Assembly (NCBI GenBank): GCA_016748015.1
Contig: JAAOMT010000054.1
Coordinates: 62,001-126,000 of the forward strand
DNA: 64,000 nt
Origin: Geosiphon pyriformis uo1
Lineage: Eukaryota > Fungi > Glomeromycota
Direction: 5' to 3'
Positions 40,001 to 52,226 of the stretch are shown here, piece by piece. Made by a program: the position numbers and the translations under genes. The first letter of the stretch is position 1. Every line of letters starts with the position of its first letter. The notes under the pieces were generated by a model that worked only from the letters and a program-made list of their open reading frames with translations, was not told where the DNA came from and searched no databases.

Positions 40001-42589
40001 ATAGGTTTCGATGGCTAGTAGTGCTGGATTTTCCTCAAATTCGAAGGTAGGTCTTTGGTTGGCACTGGGTTTTTGGAAGTGGCCACAGGTGGCTGGAATT
40101 TTGGCCTGGTGGCCATTATAATTGATTAGAAGCTCTTGGGTGGTCCAGTCTAGGGTGGCATTGGCTTTTGTTAGCCAGTCATTCCCTACTAACACTTAAT
40201 ATTGTGTAGCGTCCATTACTAATACTTTTGTAGATATTACTATGCCATTAATTTCGAAAGGGAATGAGTCGATTTCGCCATAAGGCAGCTTTGTACTTCC
40301 ATCGGCTGTTATGATTTGGGACGTCGCGGCACGATCAACTTTGAAACCCAGTTGGTTTACTAGTTGAAGCGTTACGATGCTTCCAGTGGATCTGCTGTCT
40401 AAGATAAGTTTGATTGGGGTATTGTTTACAGTGGCTTCCGTATATATAGCAGTGATTGGGCGTTTTTCGTCCAATGCTGCTCCACTGAACATAGCCTCAT
40501 TTTCCTCTAATTCAAAAGGAAAAATAGCTGCGAGGCTGCTATCTTCGGTGGCAACTGCTGGTGGTATTGTCTGGCTCAATTTGGAGGAATTCTTGGTTCT
40601 GTTTATGTTTCTACCGTCATTGTTTTCGATAATCAGGTTTTCCGGTATATTAAGGTAAGTTTGTTGATAATTTTGGTAGTTTGGATTGGTTTGCTGATTG
40701 GTTCCGGCGCGGTTTGGATTCCTCTGGACCAACACGTTCTGGTTCCACATGGGCTAATTTCGGGCCTTGGGACGCCAATTCAGGTTGGCTATCATGGGCT
40801 GTTGCTGGTAAGCTTCTTGATTTTGATACGTGATGGGATATTGGCATGATATTGGCGTGTACTGGTTTCTGGGCATTTGGGGTGGTGCGTAGTAATTATT
40901 TTCGCGTGCTTCCTGCATCATTCGCGTTCGACATTGACTAATCAAATGTCCTACGCGTTTGCAAAAATGACAGATGCGTGTTTCTGTTCTGAATTCCTGG
41001 CGCGACGGGCGATTATTTTGACTGTCGCTGACTTCCTGGCTGTGTCTTTGGGGTGGTTGGTATGTATTTTTTCTCAGATCCGGGATGAGGAAACTTTCTA
41101 TTTTCTTAGAGAGTTCCTCTCCTAATCACGTTACTCTTTTCTTTAATGTTTCTGTCTTATTTTCCTCTATTACCATGTTAACTATTTGACTATGGTTAGC
41201 TTCTTTCTCAGCCGATTCAAGGGCTCTGGCAAGCGTAACAGCTTCTGGTAAGGAATTAGGGTGGGCAGGGCATACTCTTCCTAAAATGCTGCTTTTTAAT
41301 CCTCTAATAAACTGATTTAAAACCTGAGGATCAGTGTAGTATCCTTGTTCAATCACTTCAATCTGATGGCGAATTCAATTGAATCGAACAAGGTATTGGG
41401 TGACAGTTTCACCAGTATTTTGCTTGATAGTATTGAATTCGTTTTGTAGTTGGATTACGGCGTTTGGGTCGCTAAAATACTCCAGGAGTGCATTTTTAAA
41501 TTTGGCAAAGCTCGTGGGTTTTGTTTCCAGGCTTTGATACCACGAGTCGACTGTGCCTTTCAGGAAGAAAGGTAATGTTTGAATTGCTCTTTGGTCGTTT
41601 CAGTTATTTGCCTAGATGGCTTTTTGTGCTTCTCTGAGCCATGTATGCACGTCCGTTTCTTCTTCCTCTCCTGAGAAATCTGTTAGTCTTGTAATGTATG
41701 GTGTGGTCATTTCGTTGCCGTTTTCTGCTGGTGGGTTTATTGGTCTAAGAGGAGGTGGGATGATATTTCCTTGAGCGTTCCTAAAAGTGGCTTCCCTTAT
41801 ATCCGGTTCTTCCTCTTGATCACGAGTTTCTTGGTTTCTGGACTGGCTGCTTGTTCCAGTGACTGGTCTTGTGATTGTTTTTTCACTGGTCTCTTTTTCG
41901 GATTCTGATTCAGACTCCTCTTCACGGTTTTCAAACCCCGTTCTAAATTTTGGCTGAAAAAAAGGGTTTTGGAATAGTGATGAATATCCTCCTGTAATTG
42001 GTATGTCTCCCCAGTTACATTGTTTAATTTTATCAATATAACTAGGAGTTTTTGGCGTTTGTGGAGTTGATGTTGATGATGATGCAGCTCCTAATGGAAT
42101 TTGTATCTTATTTTTTGGTGAAAAATGGTATGATTTATCTTCTGGTGAATAAATACGTGGTTTCTTTATTAATTGAGTGACAGTTTTCTTTGGTGTTTGA
42201 GCTGGTGTTTCTAGTTTTTGCTGGTTACTTTCCTGATTAGTTTCTAAATTTTCTTTGGTTTTGTTGGCGCATTCCCTAGTGTTTCTTGTGGATATTGGAA
42301 AATTTTCGTTGGCGTATTGCTCAATTTTTCGATGGATTTTGACAATAATTGCGGCTATTACTACTACTTTTTTTGTAGTGTATTGTAATAATTCTCTATA
42401 CAATCCAAGTTTTGCATTGTGTGGTTCTTCTTCCTTTCCTATATGATAATTTATTCTGGCGTTGATATAATAAGTGAGGGCAGATTCTGCTGGACAACAC
42501 CCTTCTGGTAATCCAAGATCACTTTGATTTTGTGTGTAAATAGCACGGCAGAATTCAAGAACAGTAAGATTAGGGGTTTTTGTCGCCAC
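37092..42589 (-). pseudogene. C single-frame gag-pol: gag, CCHC, PR, Cys/His-rich region, dUTPase, dUTPase-like domain, RT, RH (integrase not visible because of the gap)
   Basis: ORFs starting at 42589, 41356, 40945, 40750 and 40195 are all in one frame and separated only by stops. CHFCKRVGHLISQC, LILDSRS, YLDD at 37676-37687, ILATDVSGTGLGAILSQ. Confidence 0.93.
38714..39113 (-). CDS. dut: Trimeric dUTPase domain within C pol
   Basis: Motifs I-V recognisable: TGFNL (AGxDL), SQSSLA (RSSLA), GVIDSGYTG, KITQ (RIAQ), RGTFGFGSTG. Confidence 0.92.
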
Positions 42590-42653
42590 TTTTGTCTTTT
42601 CCTTTTTAGCAATGAATTATTGCTAATTATTATTTCCTTTTTGATTTTCTTTT

Positions 42654-42669
42654 CTCGTAGGGTTCACCA
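42654..42669 (-). promoter_or_regulatory. PBS of C, TGGTGAACCCTACGAG (tRNA-Trp-like)
   Basis: 2 nt inside the 5' LTR boundary; complement …GTAGGGTTCACCA resembles eukaryotic tRNA-Trp 3' ends. Confidence 0.7.
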
Positions 42670-43003
42670 AATGTTACGGAATGGTTTTCTTGTTATATTT
42701 AATTGCTGATATCCCGCTTTAATTGCAATCAGTCTTTTGTGAGTTCCTTAGTTCTATTTGTGTGATAATGTCACTGTTACACTGAAGGCTTTCTTTTTAC
42801 TGTTGTAATGTAAGTTATTCTTTAATTCTTGATTGTTGTGTGTGTTTATGTACTCCTTCTCAGAGGCTGAACTGAAATCTACCCACTGTCTGGGGTTTTC
42901 TCTGAGGCTATCCTTGCAATTGCCTGATGTGTTTCTCTAATCTAGAAACACAGAATGTTAATGGTCTTTAGCGCTTTTCTAATTCTTACAATAAAGCTTT
43001 TAT

Positions 43004-43250
43004 NNNNNNNNNNNNNNNNNNNNNNNNNNNNNNNNNNNNNNNNNNNNNNNNNNNNNNNNNNNNNNNNNNNNNNNNNNNNNNNNNNNNNNNNNNNNNNNNN
43101 NNNNNNNNNNNNNNNNNNNNNNNNNNNNNNNNNNNNNNNNNNNNNNNNNNNNNNNNNNNNNNNNNNNNNNNNNNNNNNNNNNNNNNNNNNNNNNNNNNNN
43201 NNNNNNNNNNNNNNNNNNNNNNNNNNNNNNNNNNNNNNNNNNNNNNNNNN
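43004..43250. other. Assembly gap
   Basis: N run. Confidence 1.
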
Positions 43251-44309
43251 TAAAACTACTGTATATATACATGTTTGTAGTTCTATGAGAAAATACTTTC
43301 TTTTTGATATTTCAACCTGGTGCTTGCTGCTATCACCAGTTGGTGTTGGCTGCTATTGTGAACTGGTGCTTGCCACTATCGCGAGATGGTGTTTGCTACT
43401 ATGTTAATCATTACCTTTCTAAGATTATTACTGTGCTATATTATGATTAAATAGTTTGTATTATTTTTATGATTCTTTTTGCTAAATTCTTAAACTGTAA
43501 CACTGCTATTAATTTAGCCACTTCAGCAATCAAATATTCAGTAGCAAGATCGAAAATGGTTATTGATATTGATAATTATATTATAAATTCCAGTTGCTAT
43601 AAAAAGTTTACTAACTGGTTAGAAAGTTTGGCTATAGAACAGTCAAAGCTTCCCAAAGGATTTTTATTTTTAGCCTTTGACAATGAACAAAAAGATCAAA
43701 AAAATTACTTAGTTGATGTAAAAACATATTTATTAGATATATATTGGAATTCTTATACTCTGAGTTTTATTATTAGTCATATTTTTCTTCCTAAGGAAAG
43801 GTAAATTCAAACTCTGTTTCCAGTTAATTTGCTTGAGCAATGTTCTATTAACAAACTTGTTCTTAGAAGATCCCATTGGGCCATTATTCTTACTTGTAAG
43901 TTTGTTAATTTTTTTTCTCAATACAAAAAAAAAGTAATCTTGTTAACCAAAGTTTGATTCAGAATAACTTCATTAATACTTGCAATAACAGTCTCCAAAG
44001 CACTACCAGCCTCTAAAGCACCACTAATCTTCAAAGTACCAAGAACAGCAGTACTGTACTATATATTAACTATTATTAAAACTCTTATAATATCTGTAAA
44101 CAACAAGCCAGATATAATAGTTCTGTCATTGTTTTCTGATGGCAGTAGCAACTTATAAAAAAGAAAAGTAATTAAATGTTGTAATATTTCAGAAATTTTG
44201 TTTAGTGTTCTACAATTGTTTTCAGAAACTTTTCAAATTTTTTTTACTACCATAAAAAAATGATTTCTATTAACAAATTGGGAAATCTCCCTGACTGTAG
44301 TAGTAGTAA

Positions 44310-44377
<68 letters not shown>

Positions 44378-44387
44378 ATAGTAGTAA

Positions 44388-44419
<32 letters not shown>

Positions 44420-45842
44420 ATAATAATAGTAGTAGTAGTAATAAAAATAGTAAAAACAAAAAAAACCAACTTATTAACTAGTCTGTTATTAAAAATTTTT
44501 GGGTTTTTAGAAATAGTAAAGACAATATTGGGACTAACCTGAGTGTGTCTTTTTGAAAGAACTTTGACAGGAGAAAAACCACTAGCCAAAAGTAAAGAAA
44601 ATGCACTAGAAATCACTAGAGACAGCTTTTTACTAATGTTTTTTAGGGAAAATATAACCAGAATGTTTTGTTTAACTGTTTTAATAACAAAAATACTCTT
44701 TTATGTTAAAACTTTATTAATTACTATAGAAAAAATAATGTTTGCAACTTTTTTACTCTTAGTTTTTGTTGTGGTTATAAATAATAGAAGAGAAAAAGTT
44801 TTTTTTTCTATTTTTTTTAGTTCTGTAGTATTGTAAAAAATTTAAAAGTTTTTGACAGCACTAATTGTTCTTGAATTGGAATTTTATTTTTGCTAATAAT
44901 ATGTTCAAAAAAGATTAAACTTATTTTTCTGAAGTAATATTTTTTAATATTTAATTTTAATTTTGCTTTTTATAATAATTGAAAAACCTTTTACAGGTAA
45001 ATTAAATAAGCTTCAAAACTTGAAGAATAAACATCAGTATTATCAAAATAAACAACTATTGATTGCCACAAAAGTTCTTTATAAACAACATTTATAAGTC
45101 TCTAAAATGTTGTTAGTATATTGCAAAGTCCAAAAAACATAATATTAAACTCATAGTTTTTTTTTTGTGTAATGAATATTGTTTTTAAGTAATCTTTAAA
45201 ATTTATTTCTATTTGTTAGTATCTGCTTTTCAAGTTTAAAATTAAAAAGTAATTGGCTTTTCTTAGAGCATTTAACATATTATTAATTTTTAATAAGAGA
45301 TATGCATTATTATGGATAAACTTGGTGATATATGGTAGTAATGTTTGGTGCTCAAAATTTGGGTTTTTAGAGAGCTTTTAATGGTTTTTTTTTAGTAGAC
45401 TTGTTCAGTATATTAGTATTATCAGTTTTTGAAGGTCTTTTTAATTAATGTAAATTTACTTGTTGAATTTTTTAGTTATAAGACACAGAAAATAGTTTTA
45501 TGATATTGCAACTTCTTGTATATAAGCTATCTTTTTCAAACTAGTCAAGTGCAGTTACTAGGGTCTGGTGGTGTTTTTTTGCTCTTCTGGTAAGCTAATA
45601 ATATAATATTAATATCCAATCCTAAGAAGAGCTTTCTTTTTTTACCAGGTTATTACAAAGTCTATTCCCAAACAGTTAATTTTCTTATGTTGCCACTTTA
45701 CAAGAAAAAATAAAAATAAAAATAAAAATAAAAATAAAAAAATAAAAAAAGATAAATTAGTATCATTAATTGCCATGATCAAGAATAATTGGTCCAAGTC
45801 ATAATAGTTTAAGGCTGTTTTATGCTAAAAGCATTTGGTTGG

Positions 45843-48800
45843 TGTTACCAAAGGTTTTTGGTTTCTTTTCTTGACTGTTGTTAATGTCTGTCTGTTGCTA
45901 ATTTCACATTTTCTGGAAGCAGTTAAATCTCCAATAACTGAATTTATCTTCAAATTATCTCCTATAATTTGAACTGCTGAGTTTATAAGTAGAATGACCA
46001 ATTTTGTGCCAGTTATTTTGTGTAGTTATGTTGTAGTAAATGTCAACTTTTTCCCAGAAATTGCTTGTCTGGAAGCTCACTAAAAATGTGTAGTTACTTT
46101 GCTATAAAAGTCAACTCTCTTATAAGAATCTTGTTTGTAGGCTACTCTAATGATTATAATAAGAAAATAAAAGAAAAATAAAAAAAATATAAAAAAAAAG
46201 AATTGTGTCAAGGGAAACGTTTTTTATTCAGGCCTGGAGTCACTAACAGATTACTGAAATTGGTAGCTAATCAATTTCAAAATGTTAATTGTGTTGAGGG
46301 AATTTCAAGTGTAATAATTTAAAGAATTTGGTTTTTGAATATTTAATTTTTATTTGAGATGTGTAAAAAATGATTTGTTTTAATTAAGATATATAAAGTA
46401 AAATACTATGATAAAATACTATGAGAAGATATATTTTCTTGAAGAGAAAAGCTCTTCTTTTATACAACTTGTTGTAGTACTAGTTTTTGAACTTGCACTT
46501 TTCTCTTTGCTTTAATTTTGGTAAACTAAAAATACATTTTGGTGAACTACAAATTATTTCTACAAACTATTGATTATTTCGGCCAATTTTTATTAATTTC
46601 GACAAATTTTGACTATATTAAATGGTTCAGGGTATTGTGTAATTTAATTATCTTAATTTCTGTTTTGTGTTAATGTGTAGCTATGCTGATTGTTTATTAG
46701 TTTGTCCAACAATATAGTTGGTGCTTTTATAAAGTCAGTTTACCCAATAATACAAAAATCACAAGATATGGCTAACCACAAGTGGAAAGCCCTAACTACA
46801 CATTAGTATTATCTTTGCTACCTAATATATTAAACATATTTAATTCAAACATCTTACCCATAATACTAACAAGCTTATGACTATTCTTAATTATACCACT
46901 TAGTTACTTAGCAGTCTTATCAGGATTGGACTTAATACTAAAAGATTAATCTTCCCATAAGTGTATTACAACATTAAAGATGTTATTATAAACTGAAAAA
47001 TCTTTAATATTGTTATTATCATTCATGTCTTCATCATCAAATGCTGCTTCCAGGAAAATCTGTTCACACTTTTTTCTCAGAGATTTTATGTTTTTTTGCA
47101 GCATGAAAACCACAGCAGCCACAGCTTTGACTTGTTTTTCTATTTTAATCAAACTTTTTCTTATTGCTACATCTACAGCAGATAGAGTAGACAGCAGTTT
47201 GGTAACCAAAACAACCAGAAAACCAACAGGTTCAATTATAGACTTGATTAACAAAAACAATTTATTGAGATGAAATTCCAAAAAGACTGATCTAGATTCA
47301 ACAACAGAATTTGAAACAAAAGTAATAACAGAAACCAAAAGTAATTCAGCTTTGGAGGGTGCACCAAGAACAAAATCTATATTAGCAACAGAAGCAACAG
47401 AAGAAACTACAAAGACAGCTTTAGCATAAAATTTAGCACCAGCAAATAAAAATTTAAAAACTTTGAAACCACCAGCAGAATTGAAAGAGAATTTAAAAAA
47501 AAGAGGTAACAACACCTTGCAGTCCACAGCCAAATAATCCAATTCTTGACATCTGTAACAGCAGCAACATCCAAAAGTTTTCCACCAGATGTAGCAGCCA
47601 TATAGGATACTAGTTTTTAATACAGCAAAGTTCAAAAATTCCAAGAAATCAAAGATAACCACAGCAAACTGTTGATATCAGTATAACTTAGAAAAGTAAG
47701 AAATAAAACAAGTATGGCCACCAACTTGAGAGACCAAATTACTAATCTCATAAGCAGTACAGTTAAAAAAAAGATTGACCAATTTAGCTTTAAAAGCATC
47801 TTTTAAGGAGATAATCTTCTTTTGGTTGACTAAAGATAGAATTCTAATACTGTTCTTTCTAACCAGCACAGACCAGTAACCAAGAGCAACAGCAGCAGAA
47901 GAGGTGTCTTTAAATTGAATTATGGCATATTGTCACAAGCCAGTAGGCTTTAACTTGACTGAAATAATAACACCAAAAATGCCAAAAACAGTTTTAATAT
48001 TATCTAAAGAGGTACCCAAAGATATATTACAAAATGCAACTAATAAAAAAAAGAAAAAAACAAGAGCCACACCAGAAAATCTTGCAATTTTAAGAGTGAT
48101 TAAGAAAATTTCATCACCAATGGCCACTTTGATGGCATCATTTAGACAATCCTGAAATACAAACTCTATACAGAACAACTTAATAGCATCTCTTAAAACA
48201 GACTTAAACCCAATACAGTCTGACAGCAACTGAAACAAAAAACTAAGCAGAGCCATTTTGATCTTAAATATAGCACCAGGTACAAGATTAAAGGCCACCC
48301 AACCAGAGAACCTTTGATGACCATTTACATTTTCCCAAGTCTTACCATTAGCAACACCAAAAACTAGAAAAGAAGCAATTGATTTTATTTCTATCTGATC
48401 AGTCCAATCTTTAAGATTATCTGAATTGATAGACTTTTTTGCTTTCAGAATTGGTAATGATCTGCCAGAGAGTATCACATCTAACAACACAGCCAATGGT
48501 TGATCTTGGCCTATCTTGGGAAATATGCTGTTGCTGTTGCTATTTATATCAAAAAGAGAGCTGGCTGCTGTTGTAGAGATCTTACCCAAGATTTTATTTG
48601 GAATCACAAAGAGGTTTGGTGTGACCATAGCAGTTGTGAATACCAGCTGCTGTTTTTTGGAATTTTTGGCTTTTACAGCCATTTGTGAAGCAGTAGTAAT
48701 AGCAGTAATAAAAGTAATGAGAGTAAAAAAAACCAGCTTGTTAACTGGTCTGTTATTAAAAATCTTTGGGTTCTTAAAAGCAATAGAGACAACACTGAAA

Positions 48801-49235
48801 CTAACCCGAGTGTGTCTTTTAGAAAGAATTTTGACTGAAGAAAAACTACCAGCCAAATGTGAAAAAAATGAACCAAAAGCCACTAGAGACAGCTTTTGAC
48901 TAATATTTTTTAAAAGAAATATAGCCAAAACATTTTGTCTAGGTGTTTTAATAATAGAAAAACTTTTTTGTGTTGAAACTTTATAAGTTACTATAAAAAA
49001 AATAATGTTTGCAACTTTTTTACTTTTAGCTCTAGTCATGATCATAAAAATTAGGAAAGAAAGAGTTTCATCTTAATTTCTATAGTATAAATTAGATTAT
49101 TAATTAAGTGATAATATTTGATAATTTGATTAAATAATAAGTGATAATCAAAATGATAATAGTATATGCTAATTAATAATAGAAATTATGAAAATAATTT
49201 CATGTTAATTAATAGCTAAAATTCTATTAGTAACA
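45843..49235 (-). mobile_element. Solo LTR, family E; pieces 45843-46661 and 49070-49235
   Basis: TGTTAC…GTAACA ends; TSD TTGG/TTGA; homologous to 20920-21919. Confidence 0.85.
46662..49069 (-). mobile_element. Family D, uninterrupted full-length copy (2.4 kb)
   Basis: Perfect 12-bp TSD ATCTTAATTTCT (46650-46661 and 49070-49081). ATG at 49045 lies ~25 nt from the 5' end; a single degenerate ORF has RRM-like blocks and CYRCQELDYLAVDC; short A tail. Confidence 0.9.
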
Positions 49236-52226
49236 TTGAAAATGAAGATTAATTCAGTTATAATATGTGAAATATAAGAATCATATAGACAGAGATTTCG
49301 AATTTTGTTAATATTTCTTTTATTTTAGTAATATAAAATATAAGATATAACAAGAGATATGTAACAAATATAGATAAAGTGAAATTAATTCTTGTCAATT
49401 TGTCTGTTTTTCTATTTTTTACAACTACTTTCTTTTATATATTTCTTTTAATTCTACAAGACTGTTTTTGATTGTTTTATTATTGCTAATTATTGTTTGT
49501 TATTTCTGTTATTGCTTTATTTCTCTATATTATTACTAGTTATCTTCATAAAAAACTTTTTCTCTCCTAATTTTTATGATCATGACTAGAGCTAAAAAAG
49601 TGGTAAACAGTACTTTTTTTATAGTAACTAATAAAGTTTCAACACAAAAGGATCTCTCTGTTATTGAAGCAGCTAGACAAAACATTTTGGCTACATTTTT
49701 TTTGAAAAACGTTAGTGAAAAGCTGTCTTTAGCAACTTCTGGTTTATTTTTTTTACTTTTGGCTGGTAGTTTTTTTTTGGTTAAAGTTTTTTCTAAAAGA
49801 CACACTTGGGTTAGTCCCAGTATTGTCTCTACTACTTTTAAGAGCCCAAAGATTTTTAATAACAGACCAGTCAACAAGTTGGTCTTTCTTGCTCTTACTA
49901 CTCTCACTACTATTACTACCACTGTTTCACAAATAGCCATAAAAGCCAAAAATTCCAAAAAACAGCAGTTGGTATTTGCAACTGCTTTAGTAACACTAAA
50001 CCTCTTTGTGGTTTCAGATGAGATTTTAAATAAGATTTCCACAGCAGCAGCCAGCTTTCTTTCTAATATGGATGACAACAGCAGTAGTACATCTCCCAAA
50101 ATAAGCCAAAATTAACCACTGGCTGTGTTGTCTAATGTGGTACTTTTTGGCAGATCTTCACCAATTCCAGAAGCAAAACAGTTCATTATTTTAAATGATC
50201 TCAAAAATTGGGCTGATCAGATGGAAATAGAATTAAATACTTCTCCCCCAGTTTCTGGTGCTATTGATGGTAGTGCTTGGGAGAATATAAATGGTCGTTA
50301 ATAACTCTCTGGTTGGGTGGCCTTTAATCTAATACCTGATACTATATTTAAGATTAAAATAGTCTTGCTTAGTTCCTTGTTTCAGCTGTTGCCTGATTGT
50401 ATTGGGCTTAAATCAGTTTTATGAGATGCTGTTAAGTTGTTTTGTGTAAAATTTGCAACTCAAAAGAGTCTAACTAGTACCATCAAAGTGGCTATTAGTG
50501 ATAAAATTTTTTTAACTACTCTTAAGATTGCAGTCTTCTGGTGTGGTTTCTGTTTCTTCTCCTTTCTTGTCAGTTGTGCTGTGCAATATACTTTTGGGTA
50601 CCTCTTTTGATAACATCAAAACTGTTCTTGGCATTTTTGGTATTGTTATTTCTGTTAAGTTGAAGTCTGCTGGCTTATGGCAATATGTTGTAATTAATTT
50701 TAAAAACATTTCTTCTGCTGCTGCTGCTTTTTTTAACTGGTCTGTATTGGTCAGAAAAGACAGCATTAAGATTTTTTCTATTGCCAACCAAAAGGAGGTT
50801 ATCTTCTTAAAAAATGCATTTAAAGCTAAATTGGTCAATCTTCTATTTGGCTCTACTGCTTTTGAGATAAAAAATTTGGTTTTCCAAGTTAGTAACCATA
50901 TATGTTTCATTTCTCACTCCCCTAAATTTTATTAAAGTTAATGCTTTGCTGTGGTTATCTTTGATTTCTTAGAATTTTTGAATACTGCTGTGTTAAAAAC
51001 TGGTACTTTGCATGACTGTTGTATCTGGTAAGAAACCCCTGAATGTCACTACTGCTATAAATGTTAAGGTTTGGATTATTTGGCTGTGGACTACAAGGTA
51101 TTACCACTTCTTTCTCTCAAATTTTCTTCCAACTTTTCTGGTGGCACCCAAAGTTTTCAAGTCCTCATTTGCTGGTTCTAAATTTTATGCCAAAGCTGTT
51201 GCCTCTGTAGTCTTTTCTGTTGTTGCTGCTACTGATGTGAACTTGGATCTTGGTGGTTTCCTTAAAGCTGCACCTCTCATGTTGTCTGTTGTCTCTTCCA
51301 CTCTTAATAATGCTGTTGAATCTTAGTTGGCTTCTTTGGAATCCTATTTTAGTGAACTTTCTTTGTTAATAAAGTCTTTAGTTGAATCTGTTAGCTCTCT
51401 GGTTGTATTGGTTACCAAACTGCTGTCTATTCCATCTGTCATAGATGTGTTAGTAAAAGAGAGTGTGAATGTGTTGGCTAATCAGATTAAAGATTTTTGT
51501 GCTGTAACTTCTATAATGCAGAAAGATATTGTTATGGTTGAAACTTACACTTTTTATTAATTATTATATGTATTAGCCACTGATGTTATATAATTAGCCA
51601 CTCTATTTTTAGAAAATAATTATTGACCTGACTGTTGACTTGATCATTAACCACTTTTAATAGCTATATAAGCAATGAACTCTTAGCTGTAGAAAAGCAT
51701 GTAAGAATTAAAGAAATAAAATAACAACTTTCATCTCAATTATTCTCTTATCACTAATTTTCCTTTTTTTACCTTCAAGTATTTAAACATTTTGGAATAA
51801 AAAATTATTTGTTGGCATTTACTTACTCTTTTTTTAACTTGTATAATTGTAGCATTTAAAAATTATTGAATAAAATATGACTAAAGAGCACATCTGATAC
51901 CTAATATTGAATTCTAAAAGCACTAACATGAAGCATAGAATTATACCAGTGTATAATCATTTGTTGACAGTATGAACTATACCTCTACTTTTAGATTCCC
52001 TAGTTATCTTTTGAAAAGTATAGTGATTAAGATATTTTATGAGACTGATCTTACACATTAAATCCTTATTCATTCAATTCACTCCTTGAAGTTGAAATTC
52101 TTTTGATTATTTCCATCACTCTACAATCCTGTTCTTCCTTGTTATTTATTAGCTTATTACTCCAATCTGTAACATAAAAGTGGTGCTTTCTGTGAGGTTG
52201 TTAAAATCCATCTTGTTTTCTATTGT

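Larger units (their letters stand above)
35960..43502 (-). mobile_element. Gypsy C, youngest element, dUTPase-bearing, inserted in H
   Basis: Perfect CTGC TSD; 5' LTR 42672-43502 and 3' LTR from 35960 into the gap; ~97% LTR identity over 332 bp; many CpGs retained. Confidence 0.95.
34915..44297 (+). mobile_element. H: TIR DNA transposon (~1.84 kb without C), TA TSD
   Basis: Left end CAATTAGGGAGATTT and right end AAATCTCCCTGACTG (13/15 inverted match), with TA on both sides. ORF remnant …DAIYRSRHLKYVSA|INLATSAIKY…LFLAFDNEQKDQKNYL is continuous across C. Confidence 0.8.
22807..44801 (-). mobile_element. Family D, full-length; pieces 22807-23421, 33300-34914 and 44298-44801
   Basis: Poly(A) (T-run) at ~22807-22815 and family 5' end AAAACTTTTTCTCT at ~44790-44803. 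Degenerate 13-bp TSD tcttcttagttct (~22795-22807) / tttttttagttct (44812-44824). Confidence 0.85.
20920..45307 (-). mobile_element. Gypsy E, old; pieces 20920-22806 (3' LTR, PPT, RH) and 44812-45307 (RT); host to a 22-kb nest
   Basis: LTR 20920-21919 matches the solo LTR at 45843-46661 plus 49070-49235. The minus strand reads VYFDN…KYYFRKISLIFFEHIISK…NTTE|LRRFIELVFYYQKFI across the D insertion, then RH (ITYANRTLKPTE). Confidence 0.78.
45308..49550 (-). mobile_element. B-related LTR (F); pieces 45308-45842 and 49236-49550; inserted in E RT
   Basis: Co-linear with 23422-24290 (tattatgg.taaact…gtaatgtttggtgctc…); split by the E solo LTR and cut by D at 49551. Confidence 0.75.

Noticed and set aside
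36368-40195. 1275-aa intact pol ORF
   Set aside because: The last ~230 residues are N-gap, and the ORF is only the 3' part of a gag-pol broken by upstream stops.
40196-40198. Programmed stop read-through between protease and pol
   Set aside because: It falls inside the protease (…ATQY*VLVGNDW) and is one of several C>T-type stops (CAA>TAA); it is a mutation.
36393-43407. ORFs made of X residues
   Set aside because: Artefacts of the two assembly gaps.
44233-44481. Poly-Leu, poly-Ser and poly-Val ORFs (also 34630-34932)
   Set aside because: Alternative-frame translations of the (GTA)n microsatellite in family D.
46662-51529. Large inverted repeat forming a TIR element (D minus next to D plus)
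   Set aside because: They are two independent D insertions; the left one has its own 12-bp TSD and the copies are diverged.
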